Part shown: positions 9,238 through 19,548 of the stretch, piece after piece
How the letters are laid out: each line of letters starts with the position of its first letter
Numbering within the stretch: the first letter of the stretch is position 1
Source: an uncultured bacterium
GTDB lineage: Bacteria; CSSED10-310; CALFER01
Length of the DNA: 64,000 nt
Direction: 5' to 3'
NCBI GenBank assembly: GCA_937951895.1
Contig: CALFER010000090.1
Coordinates: 25,648-89,647 of the forward strand
The notes under the pieces: generated by a model
Seen by the model: the letters and a program-made list of their open reading frames with translations, nothing else
The model's database searches: none
Told to the model about the DNA's origin: nothing
Made by a program: the position numbers and the translations under genes

Positions 9238-9675
9238 ATGAAACGGGAGATCCGCGGATCGATCGATATCCGGGTCGAGTTTCGTGATGTGGATATGCTC
9301 GGAGTCGCGCACAACTCGGTTTATTTTCTTTGGTTCGAGCGCGGGAGACTTGCTCTGCTCGAATCGATCATTCCCTTTCAAACCGCATTGGATCAGCAGA
9401 TCGCTCTGATCGTCGTGCGGCAAACCTGTGAGTACCATGCTCCGGCGCTCCTCGGAGATGATCTGATCCTGACGACACGTACCGATCTGTCTGATGCCTA
9501 TGGCGGCCGCATTCGATGCGCGCATACGCTTTCCAATCGTCGAACCCTGATCGAGATTGCCTCGGGGGAAACGGATCTGACCATGTGGAACATCGAATCA
9601 CGCAAGCTGATACGCGAGATACCCGATTTCATCCGGACTCGGATCCGGGATCTCCTGCATGGAGTGACGTCATGA
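9238..9675 (+). CDS. Hotdog-fold acyl-CoA/acyl-ACP thioesterase (4HBT/YbgC-like)
   Basis: 145 aa. [30 protein letters not shown] is typical of 4HBT thioesterases. Its stop overlaps the fabG-like start (ATGA). Confidence 0.6.
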   Translation: MKREIRGSIDIRVEFRDVDMLGVAHNSVYFLWFERGRLALLESIIPFQTALDQQIALIVVRQTCEYHAPALLGDDLILTTRTDLSDAYGGRIRCAHTLSNRRTLIEIASGETDLTMWNIESRKLIREIPDFIRTRIRDLLHGVTS

Positions 9676-10418
9676 GCACGTTGCTGGAAGGCAAAACCGT
9701 CATTGTGACGGGAGGAACGCGAGGAATCGGACGGGCGATTGTCGAATGCCTGCATCGTGAAGGGGCCCGGGTCTGGTTCACGTACATCCGGAGCGATGCC
9801 ATCGCCGCCGAGATGCAGCAGTCGCTTGACGGTGTCCGCTCGTTCCGGATCGACGGAACCGATCGATCCGCGATCGCGGCGTGTCTGGACGAATGCCAGT
9901 CGACGTGCGGCGCCCCCGACGTCCTCGTCAACAATGCGGGCGTGACCAGCAACATGTTCTTCCCGATGATGAATTCCGAAGAGTGGAACAGGGTCATCGC
10001 AGCGAATCTCACCACCGTGTTCAACTGGACGAGGGAAACGATCCGGCCGATGTTGATCGCGCGGAAAGGATCGATCATCAACATTGCCTCCGTGTCGGGC
10101 GTCTTCGGAGTCTCGGGTCAGTCGGCCTACAGTGCCTCCAAAGGAGCGATGCTGGCGTTTACCCGGACCATCGCCGCTGAAACGGCATCGAAAGGCATCC
10201 GAGTCAATGGAATCGTGCCTGGATTCATCGACACGGAGATGACGGCGAAGATACCGAAACCGCTTCGGATGAAATACCTCGAACGCATCAGCATGCAACG
10301 GTTCGGGACACCGGATGAAGTCGCATCGGTCGTTCTGTTTCTGGCCTCGGATCTCTCATCGTATATCACCGGTCAGACCATCATCGTCGATGGCGGTTTG
10401 ACGGCGACCTTCAACTGA
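9672..10418 (+). CDS. fabG: 3-oxoacyl-ACP reductase (SDR, FabG-like)
   Basis: [23 protein letters not shown] contains the NAD(P)-binding motif. The catalytic-region motifs ...SVSG...YSASKGA are present. The track ORF 9516 is an upstream extension. Confidence 0.8.
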   Translation: MSTLLEGKTVIVTGGTRGIGRAIVECLHREGARVWFTYIRSDAIAAEMQQSLDGVRSFRIDGTDRSAIAACLDECQSTCGAPDVLVNNAGVTSNMFFPMMNSEEWNRVIAANLTTVFNWTRETIRPMLIARKGSIINIASVSGVFGVSGQSAYSASKGAMLAFTRTIAAETASKGIRVNGIVPGFIDTEMTAKIPKPLRMKYLERISMQRFGTPDEVASVVLFLASDLSSYITGQTIIVDGGLTATFN

Positions 10419-10419
10419 G

Positions 10420-11352
10420 ATGAAAACGGCGTTTCTGTTTCCCGGACAGGGTTCGCAGTTTGTCGGCATGGGTCGCGATCTCGTCCGATCATCCCCCTCC
10501 GCACTTGCGCTTTTCGAACGCGCGTCCGAGATTTCCGGAATCGATATCGCCGCTGCGTGTGTTCGCGGCCCCCTGTCGCGATTGTCCCGGACCGATGTGC
10601 TTCAGCCGTGCATCACAACCGTCAACCTCGCGGTACTCGAAGAACTCACCGCAAGGGGCGTCCGAGCGGAAGCGGCGGCCGGCCATTCGCTGGGTGAGTT
10701 TTCCGCATGTGTGGCCTCGGGTGTATTCCCGGCGGACACCGCCATCGAATTGACAACCCGCCGCGGACATCTGATGCACGAAGCGTCCATATCGACGCCG
10801 GGAACCATGGCTGCCGTCATCGGTTTACCGGCCGATCGGATCGAGTCCCTGATCAGCGTTCGCTGCGATCCGTTGCTGGTGGCCGCGAATTTCAATGCAC
10901 CGGATCAGACGGTCGTATCGGGACCGCGCGCGGCCATTGACTCACTTTCCGCTTCGATACGTGACGAAGGCGGTCGAATCGTCTTTCTTCAGGTTTCAGG
11001 TGCCTGGCACTCTCCGGCTATGAATTCCGCCGCAGATCTCTGGAAAGATGCGGTCGATCGAGTTCCGATCCGTCCTCCGGCGATCGATCTTTACATGAAT
11101 GTATCGGGTTGCGCCGAGTCCGACCCGTCCGCGATACGCCGATGCATGGAATCCCAGTTGGTCCGTCCTGTTCGCTGGACGACGATCCTGACGCACATGT
11201 ATCGATCCGGTGTTCGCCGGTTCCTGGAAATCGGCCCCGGAACGGTTCTCAGGCAACTGCTCCGCGCCAATCCTTTCCCGCCCGAAAGTTACACCGTGCA
11301 CTCCGTCGCTGATATCAGAAGCATCGATAATCTCCTTGCCCACTCCCCCTGA
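10420..11352 (+). CDS. fabD: Malonyl-CoA:ACP transacylase (FabD-like)
   Basis: MKTAFLFPGQGSQFVGMG and GHSLGEFSA (active-site Ser) are present. 310 aa. Confidence 0.85.
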   Translation: MKTAFLFPGQGSQFVGMGRDLVRSSPSALALFERASEISGIDIAAACVRGPLSRLSRTDVLQPCITTVNLAVLEELTARGVRAEAAAGHSLGEFSACVASGVFPADTAIELTTRRGHLMHEASISTPGTMAAVIGLPADRIESLISVRCDPLLVAANFNAPDQTVVSGPRAAIDSLSASIRDEGGRIVFLQVSGAWHSPAMNSAADLWKDAVDRVPIRPPAIDLYMNVSGCAESDPSAIRRCMESQLVRPVRWTTILTHMYRSGVRRFLEIGPGTVLRQLLRANPFPPESYTVHSVADIRSIDNLLAHSP

Positions 11353-11384
11353 ACATTCTATTCTCATAAGGAATTGCCGAGGAG

Positions 11385-12860
11385 GTGACGATGACGCTCC
11401 GACTTGCCGTTCCCTGTATTGTTGTGCTCTTGTTTGCGATTCCGTCGAGTCTGTCGACCCCGCCGCAACCGTATGAATTCGATTACGGCCAGAGTCGCCC
11501 GGGGGGACTCGATCGGACTTTTGATCATAACAGGACTCCGACGATCGATCATGTGAGGGAATGGGAGCAGATCTGCCTTTTCCTGGATCGATGGCAGGTC
11601 AGCGATCCGACCGACCCCGAATTCGGAGGCATGATCGAAGATGAGTATCGAACGGGTGCGGATCGGATCGTCGAATCCGACAACACGCAGGAGGCGATTT
11701 TCGCCTGGTGCCGGTACATGGAACTGACGGGATCGACGCAATTCGATCAGAATGTCACCGACGCCTGGACCTACCTCACGGTATTCCCGGCCTGGCTGGA
11801 AGAACCCGTTCACTATGCTCTCTGGAATTGCGCGTGGGGCATTCAGGCTCACAGACAGTATCAAAAAACCTACGCATCGGATGCGCACCGCGCTTACGCA
11901 GACCAGTGCGCCGAATTCATTCTCACGCATGATCTTTCTTTCCAGGGCACTCCGCCGCAGGTGGGCTACCGGAACGTGTTCATCACAGCCTGGGCTGCCT
12001 ATCATCTCCATCTGTTTGCCTCGGAAGCACCGGATCCGGATCTGATTATCCGCGCGGAAAACATGGCAACCCGCGTCAGGGATTGGCTGGCCGAGGATCC
12101 GGCGAACATTCTGAAAACCGGATGGGCGCTGTCGGGGGGTGCGGCTGCGGCCGCGGTGATCCATGTGCTGTATCATGACGATCCCGAAGGAGCGTTGGCG
12201 TACTATGAAGCGAATCTGCTGGACATGCCTCTGTACTTCGATCCGGCCGATTTCAATCCCTCCTCGTGGATCCACGCCTGGGACAGTTTTCTTGCACTCG
12301 CCCAGAACACCCTCTGGCGCGTCACACAGCGGTTTGAATTCCGCTTGAATGCGCTCGAACAATCCGAATTCATGCGATCGCACGATGGGGACGGCGACGG
12401 AGGGATTCCTCCGAATCCTTCGATGTCGGACACCGAGGATCACACCTGGGTATCGACCTACATCACGGTGATGGGATTCGATATGCTGGATGAACCGTCT
12501 CGGGTCAGTCTTTCGATGCCGGACTCATCGCTTGCAGCCGGTGATCGCATGGAGGCGGGAATCCAGGTTGTCGCTCCGGGATTGGATCGAACTGCCGACC
12601 TGTATCTCGTTCTCGAAATCGCCAACCAGTTTCTGTTCTTCCCGCAGTTCACGGACCAACCCGAAGCCATACGGCTTGTTTGCCCGATCGGGTACGATCT
12701 CGCGGCAGCTCTCGGTTTCCAGGACACCATCCCCTTCCTGACAATTGATCCGTGGCCGTCAGCCGGCTCATTTTCGGCCACCTGGTGGGCCGCATTGATC
12801 GACCCGGCCACATCTGAATTGATCGGTGATCTCATTACCCTGCCGTGGGCCTCGGAATGA
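11385..12860 (+). CDS. Secreted hypothetical protein (signal peptide), function unknown
   Basis: Hydrophobic N-terminus MTMTLRLAVPCIVVLLFAIPSS. GGAGG RBS. No recognisable catalytic motif. Confidence 0.5.
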   Translation: MTMTLRLAVPCIVVLLFAIPSSLSTPPQPYEFDYGQSRPGGLDRTFDHNRTPTIDHVREWEQICLFLDRWQVSDPTDPEFGGMIEDEYRTGADRIVESDNTQEAIFAWCRYMELTGSTQFDQNVTDAWTYLTVFPAWLEEPVHYALWNCAWGIQAHRQYQKTYASDAHRAYADQCAEFILTHDLSFQGTPPQVGYRNVFITAWAAYHLHLFASEAPDPDLIIRAENMATRVRDWLAEDPANILKTGWALSGGAAAAAVIHVLYHDDPEGALAYYEANLLDMPLYFDPADFNPSSWIHAWDSFLALAQNTLWRVTQRFEFRLNALEQSEFMRSHDGDGDGGIPPNPSMSDTEDHTWVSTYITVMGFDMLDEPSRVSLSMPDSSLAAGDRMEAGIQVVAPGLDRTADLYLVLEIANQFLFFPQFTDQPEAIRLVCPIGYDLAAALGFQDTIPFLTIDPWPSAGSFSATWWAALIDPATSELIGDLITLPWASE

Positions 12861-12895
12861 GCCCGGCTCACCTGACGAACAGGAGCGGCGCTGCG

Positions 12896-14242
12896 ATGAA
12901 CGAATCCAGACGGACACTGATAGAAAACGCACGGATCTGGGCGGGACCCGGATCGGAAATAGAACACGGTGCGATTGCTTTCGAGGGGAACCGATTCATC
13001 GATCCGGCAACAGCCAGGGACGATCCGGGCAGCATTCGGAGAGACGGGAGCAATCTCCTCCACATGCCGGGCTTCGTGAACGCGCACGGCCATCTTTACA
13101 GTGCGCTCGCCCGAGGCATGCCGGCACCTCCCCGGCAAGCCGGAAACTTCGCGCAGATTCTGGAATACATCTGGTGGAGGCTGGACAAGGCACTGGACCC
13201 GGAATCCCTATTGATGAGTGCATACACCGGGATTATGGACAGCATCCGCTCCGGGGTGACCACGATCTTCGATCATCATGCGAGCCCTCGTGCCATCGAC
13301 GGCAGTCTTTCCGTAATTGCGTCGGCACTCAAGGATATCGGGATGCGGGGAGATCTCTGTTACGAAGTTTCGGATCGCGACGGAACAGCCGCGGCCCGGG
13401 CTGGAATCCGGGAGAACGAACGGCACCTCGAGTCGCTCAGACAACATCCCGATCCGCTTCTGGCCGGCCATTTCGGCCTGCACGCTCTGTTCACGCTTTC
13501 AGACGAGACACTGAAGGAATCGGTTCAGGCGGCGGAGAAACTCGGAACGGGGTTTCATGTTCATGTGGCGGAGGGTCCGGAGGATGTGGAACTCTCTCAG
13601 ACCCGTCACGGCATGGGGCTAATCCCGAGAATGCTGAAACACGACATGCTCAGACCCGATACATTGCTGATCCATGGCGTGCATCTGACTTCGGATGATC
13701 TGGCGACGCTTGCCCGCCACCCGGTCACGCTCGTGCACAATCCCCAGTCCAATCAGAACAATGCGGTCGGATTCTGCGATATCACAGCCGTTCATGATGC
13801 CGGAGTCAATCTGGCACTCGGGAACGATGGAATCGGAGGAGCGATCCTCCCCGAGCTTCGTGCGGCGGTGTTTGCAGGACACCATGCCGCCCGGTCACCG
13901 GGCAGGCCTTCCTGGGCGCTCCCGTTCTCGATGCTCATGCACGCCAACACTACCCTTGCAACAAAGGCGTTCGGCATCCCGATCGGAAGAATTGAGCCGG
14001 GATATGCCGCGGATTTCATCACGGTCGACTACATCCCTCCGACACCCTGGACCATAGACAACACCATCGGTCATTTCCTGTTCGGATTGTGTGAACGGCT
14101 TCGGGTGCATGACGTCTGGGTGAACGGCACTCAGGTTTTAGGCGGCGGACGGTTCATCCGGATCGACGAGGATCAGATCGCGGAGCGAAGCCGGGCGGCC
14201 GCGACAGCAGTATGGGAAAAACTCTCCGCCGATCGATTGTAA
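12896..14242 (+). CDS. ssnA: SsnA-family aminohydrolase (amidohydrolase superfamily)
   Basis: HMPGFVNAHGHLYSALARGM...ILEYIWWRLDKALDPESL...IFDHHASP closely parallels E. coli SsnA (PGIVCSHNHFYSGLSRG...WWRLDRALDEESL...IDHHASP). ATG 12896 has an AGGAG RBS. The track ORF starts at GTG 12845. Confidence 0.75.
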   Translation: MNESRRTLIENARIWAGPGSEIEHGAIAFEGNRFIDPATARDDPGSIRRDGSNLLHMPGFVNAHGHLYSALARGMPAPPRQAGNFAQILEYIWWRLDKALDPESLLMSAYTGIMDSIRSGVTTIFDHHASPRAIDGSLSVIASALKDIGMRGDLCYEVSDRDGTAAARAGIRENERHLESLRQHPDPLLAGHFGLHALFTLSDETLKESVQAAEKLGTGFHVHVAEGPEDVELSQTRHGMGLIPRMLKHDMLRPDTLLIHGVHLTSDDLATLARHPVTLVHNPQSNQNNAVGFCDITAVHDAGVNLALGNDGIGGAILPELRAAVFAGHHAARSPGRPSWALPFSMLMHANTTLATKAFGIPIGRIEPGYAADFITVDYIPPTPWTIDNTIGHFLFGLCERLRVHDVWVNGTQVLGGGRFIRIDEDQIAERSRAAATAVWEKLSADRL

Positions 14243-14280
14243 GCGGTCGCGTCACCCGGCGAGATCGGTAGATTCTGGCC

Positions 14281-15174
14281 ATGTTTCACGAGCACATCGG
14301 AGAGGTCGCCGCCCTTCTGACCGCCGCATTCTGGACAACCACCGCCATGTCCTTCGAAATTGCGGGAAAACGCGTCGGATCGCTCCCCGTGAATCTCATT
14401 CGCCTGTTTTTCGGTTTCGGATTCCTCTCGACTTACTCGATCCTGTCCCGGGGCATGTTTCTCCCGATCGATGCCTCGATGCATGCCTGGTTCTGGCTGT
14501 CGCTGTCCGGATTCGTCGGCTTTGTGATCGGCGATCTTCTTCTGTTCCGGGCATTTGTTCTCATAGGTTCCAGGACATCCATGCTGATCATGTCCGCGGT
14601 GCCACCCATGACAGCACTTATCGGTTGGGTATTTCTGGGAGAGACGCTGTCGGCGAGGCATCTGGTGGGCATGAGTGTGACGGTGGCGGGGATTGCCATG
14701 GTCGTGCTGAAAAAAAACCATGCCACCTCCCCCGCTCTTTCCGCGAACATCCCGGGGTATCTGTGTGCAACCGGAGGTGCGCTGGGGCAGGCGGTCGGCC
14801 TCGTGCTCAGCAAATTCGGAATGGAATCCTACAATGCCTTTGCCGCCACTCAGATTCGGATCATCGCAGGACTGATCGGTTTCGCAGCAGTATTCGCTTT
14901 TAGAAAAGAGTGGCACAGAGTGTTTCGTGCGTTTCGGGATGGACGGGCGATGCTGTTCCTGACGATCGGCTCCTTTTTCGGTCCTTTTCTGGGGGTTTCG
15001 TTTTCGCTTCTGGCGGTTCAGCATACTGCCACCGGCATCGCATCGACGATCATGTCGATCGTTCCGATCCTGATCATTCCTCCCGCAGTCATCTTCCTGA
15101 AAGAAAGCGTCAGTCTCCGGGAGGTGGTCGGCGCAGCGATCGCCGTGATCGGAATCGCGATGATGTTCGTGTGA
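14281..15174 (+). CDS. EamA/DMT-superfamily transporter
   Basis: About 10 predicted TM helices. The two-repeat EamA architecture is present. Confidence 0.7.
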   Translation: MFHEHIGEVAALLTAAFWTTTAMSFEIAGKRVGSLPVNLIRLFFGFGFLSTYSILSRGMFLPIDASMHAWFWLSLSGFVGFVIGDLLLFRAFVLIGSRTSMLIMSAVPPMTALIGWVFLGETLSARHLVGMSVTVAGIAMVVLKKNHATSPALSANIPGYLCATGGALGQAVGLVLSKFGMESYNAFAATQIRIIAGLIGFAAVFAFRKEWHRVFRAFRDGRAMLFLTIGSFFGPFLGVSFSLLAVQHTATGIASTIMSIVPILIIPPAVIFLKESVSLREVVGAAIAVIGIAMMFV

Positions 15175-15186
15175 TACGGAAGCCGT

Positions 15187-16272
15187 ATGACTGATCCCGG
15201 AAAATCAGCAGAGCACCGAGAGTGCGGCAGGCCGCTGCGGATCATCTTTTTGTCGGATACCCATCTGGGATTCGACGATCCGGTCTCACCTCGCGTCCAT
15301 CGCAGGCGCCGGGGACCGGATTTCATGAAATCGTTTCTCGCTGTTCTGACCCGTGCCCGACAGACACGACCGGCTCTCATTGTGCACGGAGGTGATGTGT
15401 TTTTCCGCAGCAGGGTCCCGGCGAGTCTGGTGGAGGTTGCGTTCGGTCATCTGAAGCGGGTCGCCGAGCAGGGTATTCCGATACTGATCGTCCCGGGTAA
15501 TCATGAACGCGGAGCGATTCCGAGGGGGTTGCTGGCGATTCATCCCGGGATTCACATCTTCGATCGGCCGAGAACGGTTACGATCGAGACCGACGGGATT
15601 CGGGTGGCGCTGGGAGGCTTCCCGAATGTGCGGGGTGATATCCGGGGACGTTTCCCCGGCCTGTATCGGGAGACTGGATTGTCGGTGACCCGCGCGGATT
15701 ATCGGTTCCTGTGCATCCACCAGGCGGTGGATCACGCGGTGGTCGGCTCCGGACGATATCGCTTTCTGAATCGCCCTGATGTGGTCGATGAGCGCAGCAT
15801 CCCGGATGGGATCGACGCCGTTCTGTCCGGACACATTCATCCTCATCAGGTCTTGCTTCCAGACGCCTTCCGAGGCGGCTTGCGTGTCCCCGTGATCTAC
15901 TCGGGGTCCACCGAACGGACTTCATTTGCCGAGGAAAATGAGACCAAGGGGTATGTTGAAATCGGAATATCCGGTCCCGGAGCGCGTTCGGATCGTGCAA
16001 TCCGCTGGCGATTTCAGCCGCTCGACACGCGACCCATGCGCACCATCCGGATCGATTGCGCGGGAACCCCGCCGGAAGCCGGTCGGATCATGGACATCAT
16101 GAAACAGAGACTGGCTCAACTGCATCCGGATTCCATCGTGAGAATCCGTCTCGATCACATCCCCGGAGACACGCTGGCCGCGATTACCGCCACCCGCATT
16201 CGATCGCTCGGGTTCGACTCCATGAACATCACTCTCGCGGTTCACCCAGAATCGTATACAGAAATCGCTTGA
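15187..16272 (+). CDS. Calcineurin-like metallophosphoesterase (SbcD/Mre11-like nuclease family)
   Basis: Contains the IIFLSDTHLG ... GDVF ... GNHE motifs. Confidence 0.7.
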   Translation: MTDPGKSAEHRECGRPLRIIFLSDTHLGFDDPVSPRVHRRRRGPDFMKSFLAVLTRARQTRPALIVHGGDVFFRSRVPASLVEVAFGHLKRVAEQGIPILIVPGNHERGAIPRGLLAIHPGIHIFDRPRTVTIETDGIRVALGGFPNVRGDIRGRFPGLYRETGLSVTRADYRFLCIHQAVDHAVVGSGRYRFLNRPDVVDERSIPDGIDAVLSGHIHPHQVLLPDAFRGGLRVPVIYSGSTERTSFAEENETKGYVEIGISGPGARSDRAIRWRFQPLDTRPMRTIRIDCAGTPPEAGRIMDIMKQRLAQLHPDSIVRIRLDHIPGDTLAAITATRIRSLGFDSMNITLAVHPESYTEIA

Positions 16273-17890
16273 TCTTCTTGGAGGGTGTTTTTTCGAATTC
16301 GCGGGGATAGAGATCGATTCGGGTGACCTGGGCAAAACCGGGCAACTGTGCATTCAGGTCCTTCCGGTTGTTTTCCATGATTTTTGCCAGATCCGCTTCG
16401 GCGATCCCGTGCTGATCGATCCACTCCATATCGGGAAAGACGAGCGCCACGAGTTTTTCGTTTCGGTCGATGACAACGGACTCGAGCACACAGGGCATGT
16501 TATTGAGTTTTGCTTCGATTTCCTCGGGATAGATATTCTGACCGGATGCACCGAGAATCAAGCTTTTGCATCGGCCTTTGAGGAAGATGAAGGTATCGGC
16601 ATCAACCGTGCCGAGATCGCCGGTATGGAGCCACCCTTCCGAATCGATTGTTTCAGCGGTCGCGGTTTCACTCTTGTAGTACCCCAGCATCACATTTTCA
16701 CCCCTCACGCAGACTTCTCCGATTCCGCTGCCGGGATCCGGATCGATCACCTTCGCTTCCAGCACATCGATCGTCCGGCCTGCGGATCCGAGTTGTCTGG
16801 CATTCCATGGAGCATAGCTGATCAGCGGCCCGCATTCCGTCATTCCATATCCGATCGTGAACGGGAACCCGATTTCGGTCAGGAACGATTCGACCTCGTG
16901 ATTCAGCGCTGCGCCGCCGATGATGATTTCCCGGAACTCGCCGCCGAACAGATCGATCAGTTTCCTGCGGATCGTGTGTTTGATCTGCCGGTTGATTCCG
17001 GGTGTTCTGAGCAGCATCCGCATCGAGAACCGTTCGAGTTTCGGTTTGAGTTGTTTCCTGTAAATCTTTTCCAGGATGAGCGGGACCATCAGGATGAGAT
17101 GCGGTTTGACATCTGAAAATGCCTGGAGGAGCAGTTTGGGTGTCGGGATCTTCCCCAGAAAGGTGATGTGGCAGCCTTGAACGAAAGGAAACAGGAACTC
17201 GAACGCGCAACCGTAGGAGTGTGCGAGGGGGAGCATAGAAAGGATGCGGTTCCCCGATTCGAGATGCATGTTTTCGATCGCGAACTTCACGTTCGCCATC
17301 AGGGAGTTATGCTGCAACATGACTCCCTTCGAAAAGCTTGTCGTTCCGGATGTGTATACGATGGCGGCCAGATCTGAATTCGAGATTTCGGGAAACACTA
17401 TATCGGAGCGCGCGCGCGGTTTCTCCTGGAATTCACTCGTCACCTTCTCGACCACGGCCTGCACGTGTTTCTTCTTCGCCTGAAGGATGGAAAAATCGCG
17501 CAGTGAAAAGACGGCGCTGAGTCCCGGGACTTGAGTCTCATCGAGATTCTCCCAGAGTGATTCGTTGATGAACAGCAGAATCGAGTCGCTGTGATTGATG
17601 ATGTACTGGGTATCATTCGAATGGAACTCGGACAGGATCGGAACGATGACAGCGCCGTAGGTGATGGCCGCGAGATATGTGATGCCCCAATTCGATGAAT
17701 TCTTCCCGATCAGCGCGATTTTGTCTCCTTTTTTAATATGCAGTCGCTGGAAAACGGAGTGCAGCCACAGAATGCGGACTCCGACCTGCGCATATGAAAA
17801 GGATGATTCACCGTAATCCGTGAATGCGAGGTTGTCCCAGTTCGACAGAATGCTGCTGCGAATACTCCCGACGAAGTTTTCCGCGATCAT
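16229..17890 (-). CDS. Long-chain fatty-acid--CoA ligase (AMP-binding family)
   Basis: Has the AMP-binding signature YTSGTTSFSKGVMLQHNSL, the motif GYGMTE, and a C-terminal lysine region. Confidence 0.8.
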   Translation of the reverse strand: MIAENFVGSIRSSILSNWDNLAFTDYGESSFSYAQVGVRILWLHSVFQRLHIKKGDKIALIGKNSSNWGITYLAAITYGAVIVPILSEFHSNDTQYIINHSDSILLFINESLWENLDETQVPGLSAVFSLRDFSILQAKKKHVQAVVEKVTSEFQEKPRARSDIVFPEISNSDLAAIVYTSGTTSFSKGVMLQHNSLMANVKFAIENMHLESGNRILSMLPLAHSYGCAFEFLFPFVQGCHITFLGKIPTPKLLLQAFSDVKPHLILMVPLILEKIYRKQLKPKLERFSMRMLLRTPGINRQIKHTIRRKLIDLFGGEFREIIIGGAALNHEVESFLTEIGFPFTIGYGMTECGPLISYAPWNARQLGSAGRTIDVLEAKVIDPDPGSGIGEVCVRGENVMLGYYKSETATAETIDSEGWLHTGDLGTVDADTFIFLKGRCKSLILGASGQNIYPEEIEAKLNNMPCVLESVVIDRNEKLVALVFPDMEWIDQHGIAEADLAKIMENNRKDLNAQLPGFAQVTRIDLYPREFEKTPSKKIKRFLYTILGEPRE

Positions 17891-19548
17891 CGTGACTCTC
17901 CTTCTGTTTTGCGGAACTGATGCCGGGGTCGGCCTTGATCACGTGCCGCATCCCCGATCGATTCCAGCCGATACAGATGAATCGGTGGATAGCAGAAGCA
18001 GTTGACGATTTCAAGCGGGTGATCGACTCGTTTGAGCCCCAATCGGAACAGAATCCCGTCGCTCTCATGATCATGCCCGGATGGAATCAACAGCAGTCTA
18101 TCCGAGTTCCAATGTCTGATTCGGGATTCGATTACCCGGTCGAGATCGGTGTTCGGGACATCCAGATCGTGGAAATTGCTCTGAAGTCGGAGGAACTCGA
18201 AGTGAGAGGGAAAATAGGGAATGAGGTAGGAAACGGGCTGGTGCGATCCTACCAGAACCTGCGTGGGAAGTGTCGTGTCGATGGCCGACAGATCGATGCA
18301 CATGCTGTCGTCGCCCCAGGCGGTTCTTCCCCATGACGGCACGTCCTCAAACCACAATCCGCCCCAGCATGCGGCAACGGCCAGGATGACGGCAATCCTG
18401 TCGGAGCGTAGGGCACACCTCAACAGGATGAGGATGGTGACGGGAAACAGGATATCGATGACCGCCAGATATCGGTAGACACCGAACAGACGGATCCAGA
18501 CGGCGTATCCGATGAGGACGAACAGGATCAGGAAGAGGTCGGATCGGAATGTCGCGATTCGATCCGGTGTGTCGGTTCTGCGTCCGGGGAGTTTGATGAG
18601 GATGATCGAACCGGCGATGATGGTCAGCGTGATCAGGACGGCGGGTCTGTAATCCCTCAGGCGCATTTCGCCGAATTGCCAGCCGCATGAGAGAACGCGG
18701 ATCGGGAATTCGAGAGCTGATGCGAGTGATCGGACGAGAAAGCGATCGTCCGTGATATTGACGGGTTCGAAAAAGGAACTCCGGAACAACGCATTGAAGT
18801 TAGGGAAAAAGGGGTTTCTGAATCGTTTCCAGAGAGAGATGGCCCAGTGTCCGTAGGAGATGAGAAACCCGATGAATGCGCCGGAGCCGGTCCACAGGAG
18901 CGTACGGATTCGGCCCCGGAGGCCGGGAATCGTGAGGGCGAGTGACAGCAGGGCCGCGAGTGAGTACAGGGCGGTCGTGAGTTTCAAACCGGTCGCGATT
19001 CCGAGGAACATGCCGGAAGCGAGCAGCGCCTGAGCGGTCCGACCGCCCGGGCTGAATGTATCCGGGCGGATCAGAATGAACAGCGCGCTCAGAATGAACA
19101 GCGACACGATGAGATCATGGAAGCATGTTCCGATCTCCGCCAGGAACACGATTCCCAGTGCGCCACCCAAAGACAGGGCTGCGGCGGCGATCACTCGCCA
19201 GAACGGTCGTCGGATGGAAAGCGTGCGATGGGCGATCAAAAAGAGCAGATACAGATTGATGCCGTGCAGAGCCCCCATCACCAGGCCATACTCGACAGGA
19301 CGCAATGACCGGATCAGGAGGTATGTCAGGGTGTCGAGAGCGGGATTGAAGTAGGTCTGGATCTGACAGACCGCGATGTCGACGTCGAGTCGGTCATTGA
19401 GGAATGCGTAGCCGTTATAGAAATGGTAGTTGGCAAGATCCCAGTTTGTGTCGAGGCCGCTTTGGATCGAAATCCACGCTCCGAACGCCATCATCGCCGC
19501 GAGCCAGAGCGGTTGAATCCAGACAGTCAGACGGGCAACGGAACGCAT
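17887..19548 (-). CDS. Polytopic membrane protein, GT-C-fold glycosyltransferase-like (DUF2029/PMT-like)
   Basis: More than 12 hydrophobic segments. The N-terminal loop has DxD-like acidic motifs. The family call is tentative. Confidence 0.45.
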   Translation of the reverse strand: MRSVARLTVWIQPLWLAAMMAFGAWISIQSGLDTNWDLANYHFYNGYAFLNDRLDVDIAVCQIQTYFNPALDTLTYLLIRSLRPVEYGLVMGALHGINLYLLFLIAHRTLSIRRPFWRVIAAAALSLGGALGIVFLAEIGTCFHDLIVSLFILSALFILIRPDTFSPGGRTAQALLASGMFLGIATGLKLTTALYSLAALLSLALTIPGLRGRIRTLLWTGSGAFIGFLISYGHWAISLWKRFRNPFFPNFNALFRSSFFEPVNITDDRFLVRSLASALEFPIRVLSCGWQFGEMRLRDYRPAVLITLTIIAGSIILIKLPGRRTDTPDRIATFRSDLFLILFVLIGYAVWIRLFGVYRYLAVIDILFPVTILILLRCALRSDRIAVILAVAACWGGLWFEDVPSWGRTAWGDDSMCIDLSAIDTTLPTQVLVGSHQPVSYLIPYFPSHFEFLRLQSNFHDLDVPNTDLDRVIESRIRHWNSDRLLLIPSGHDHESDGILFRLGLKRVDHPLEIVNCFCYPPIHLYRLESIGDAARDQGRPRHQFRKTEGESR

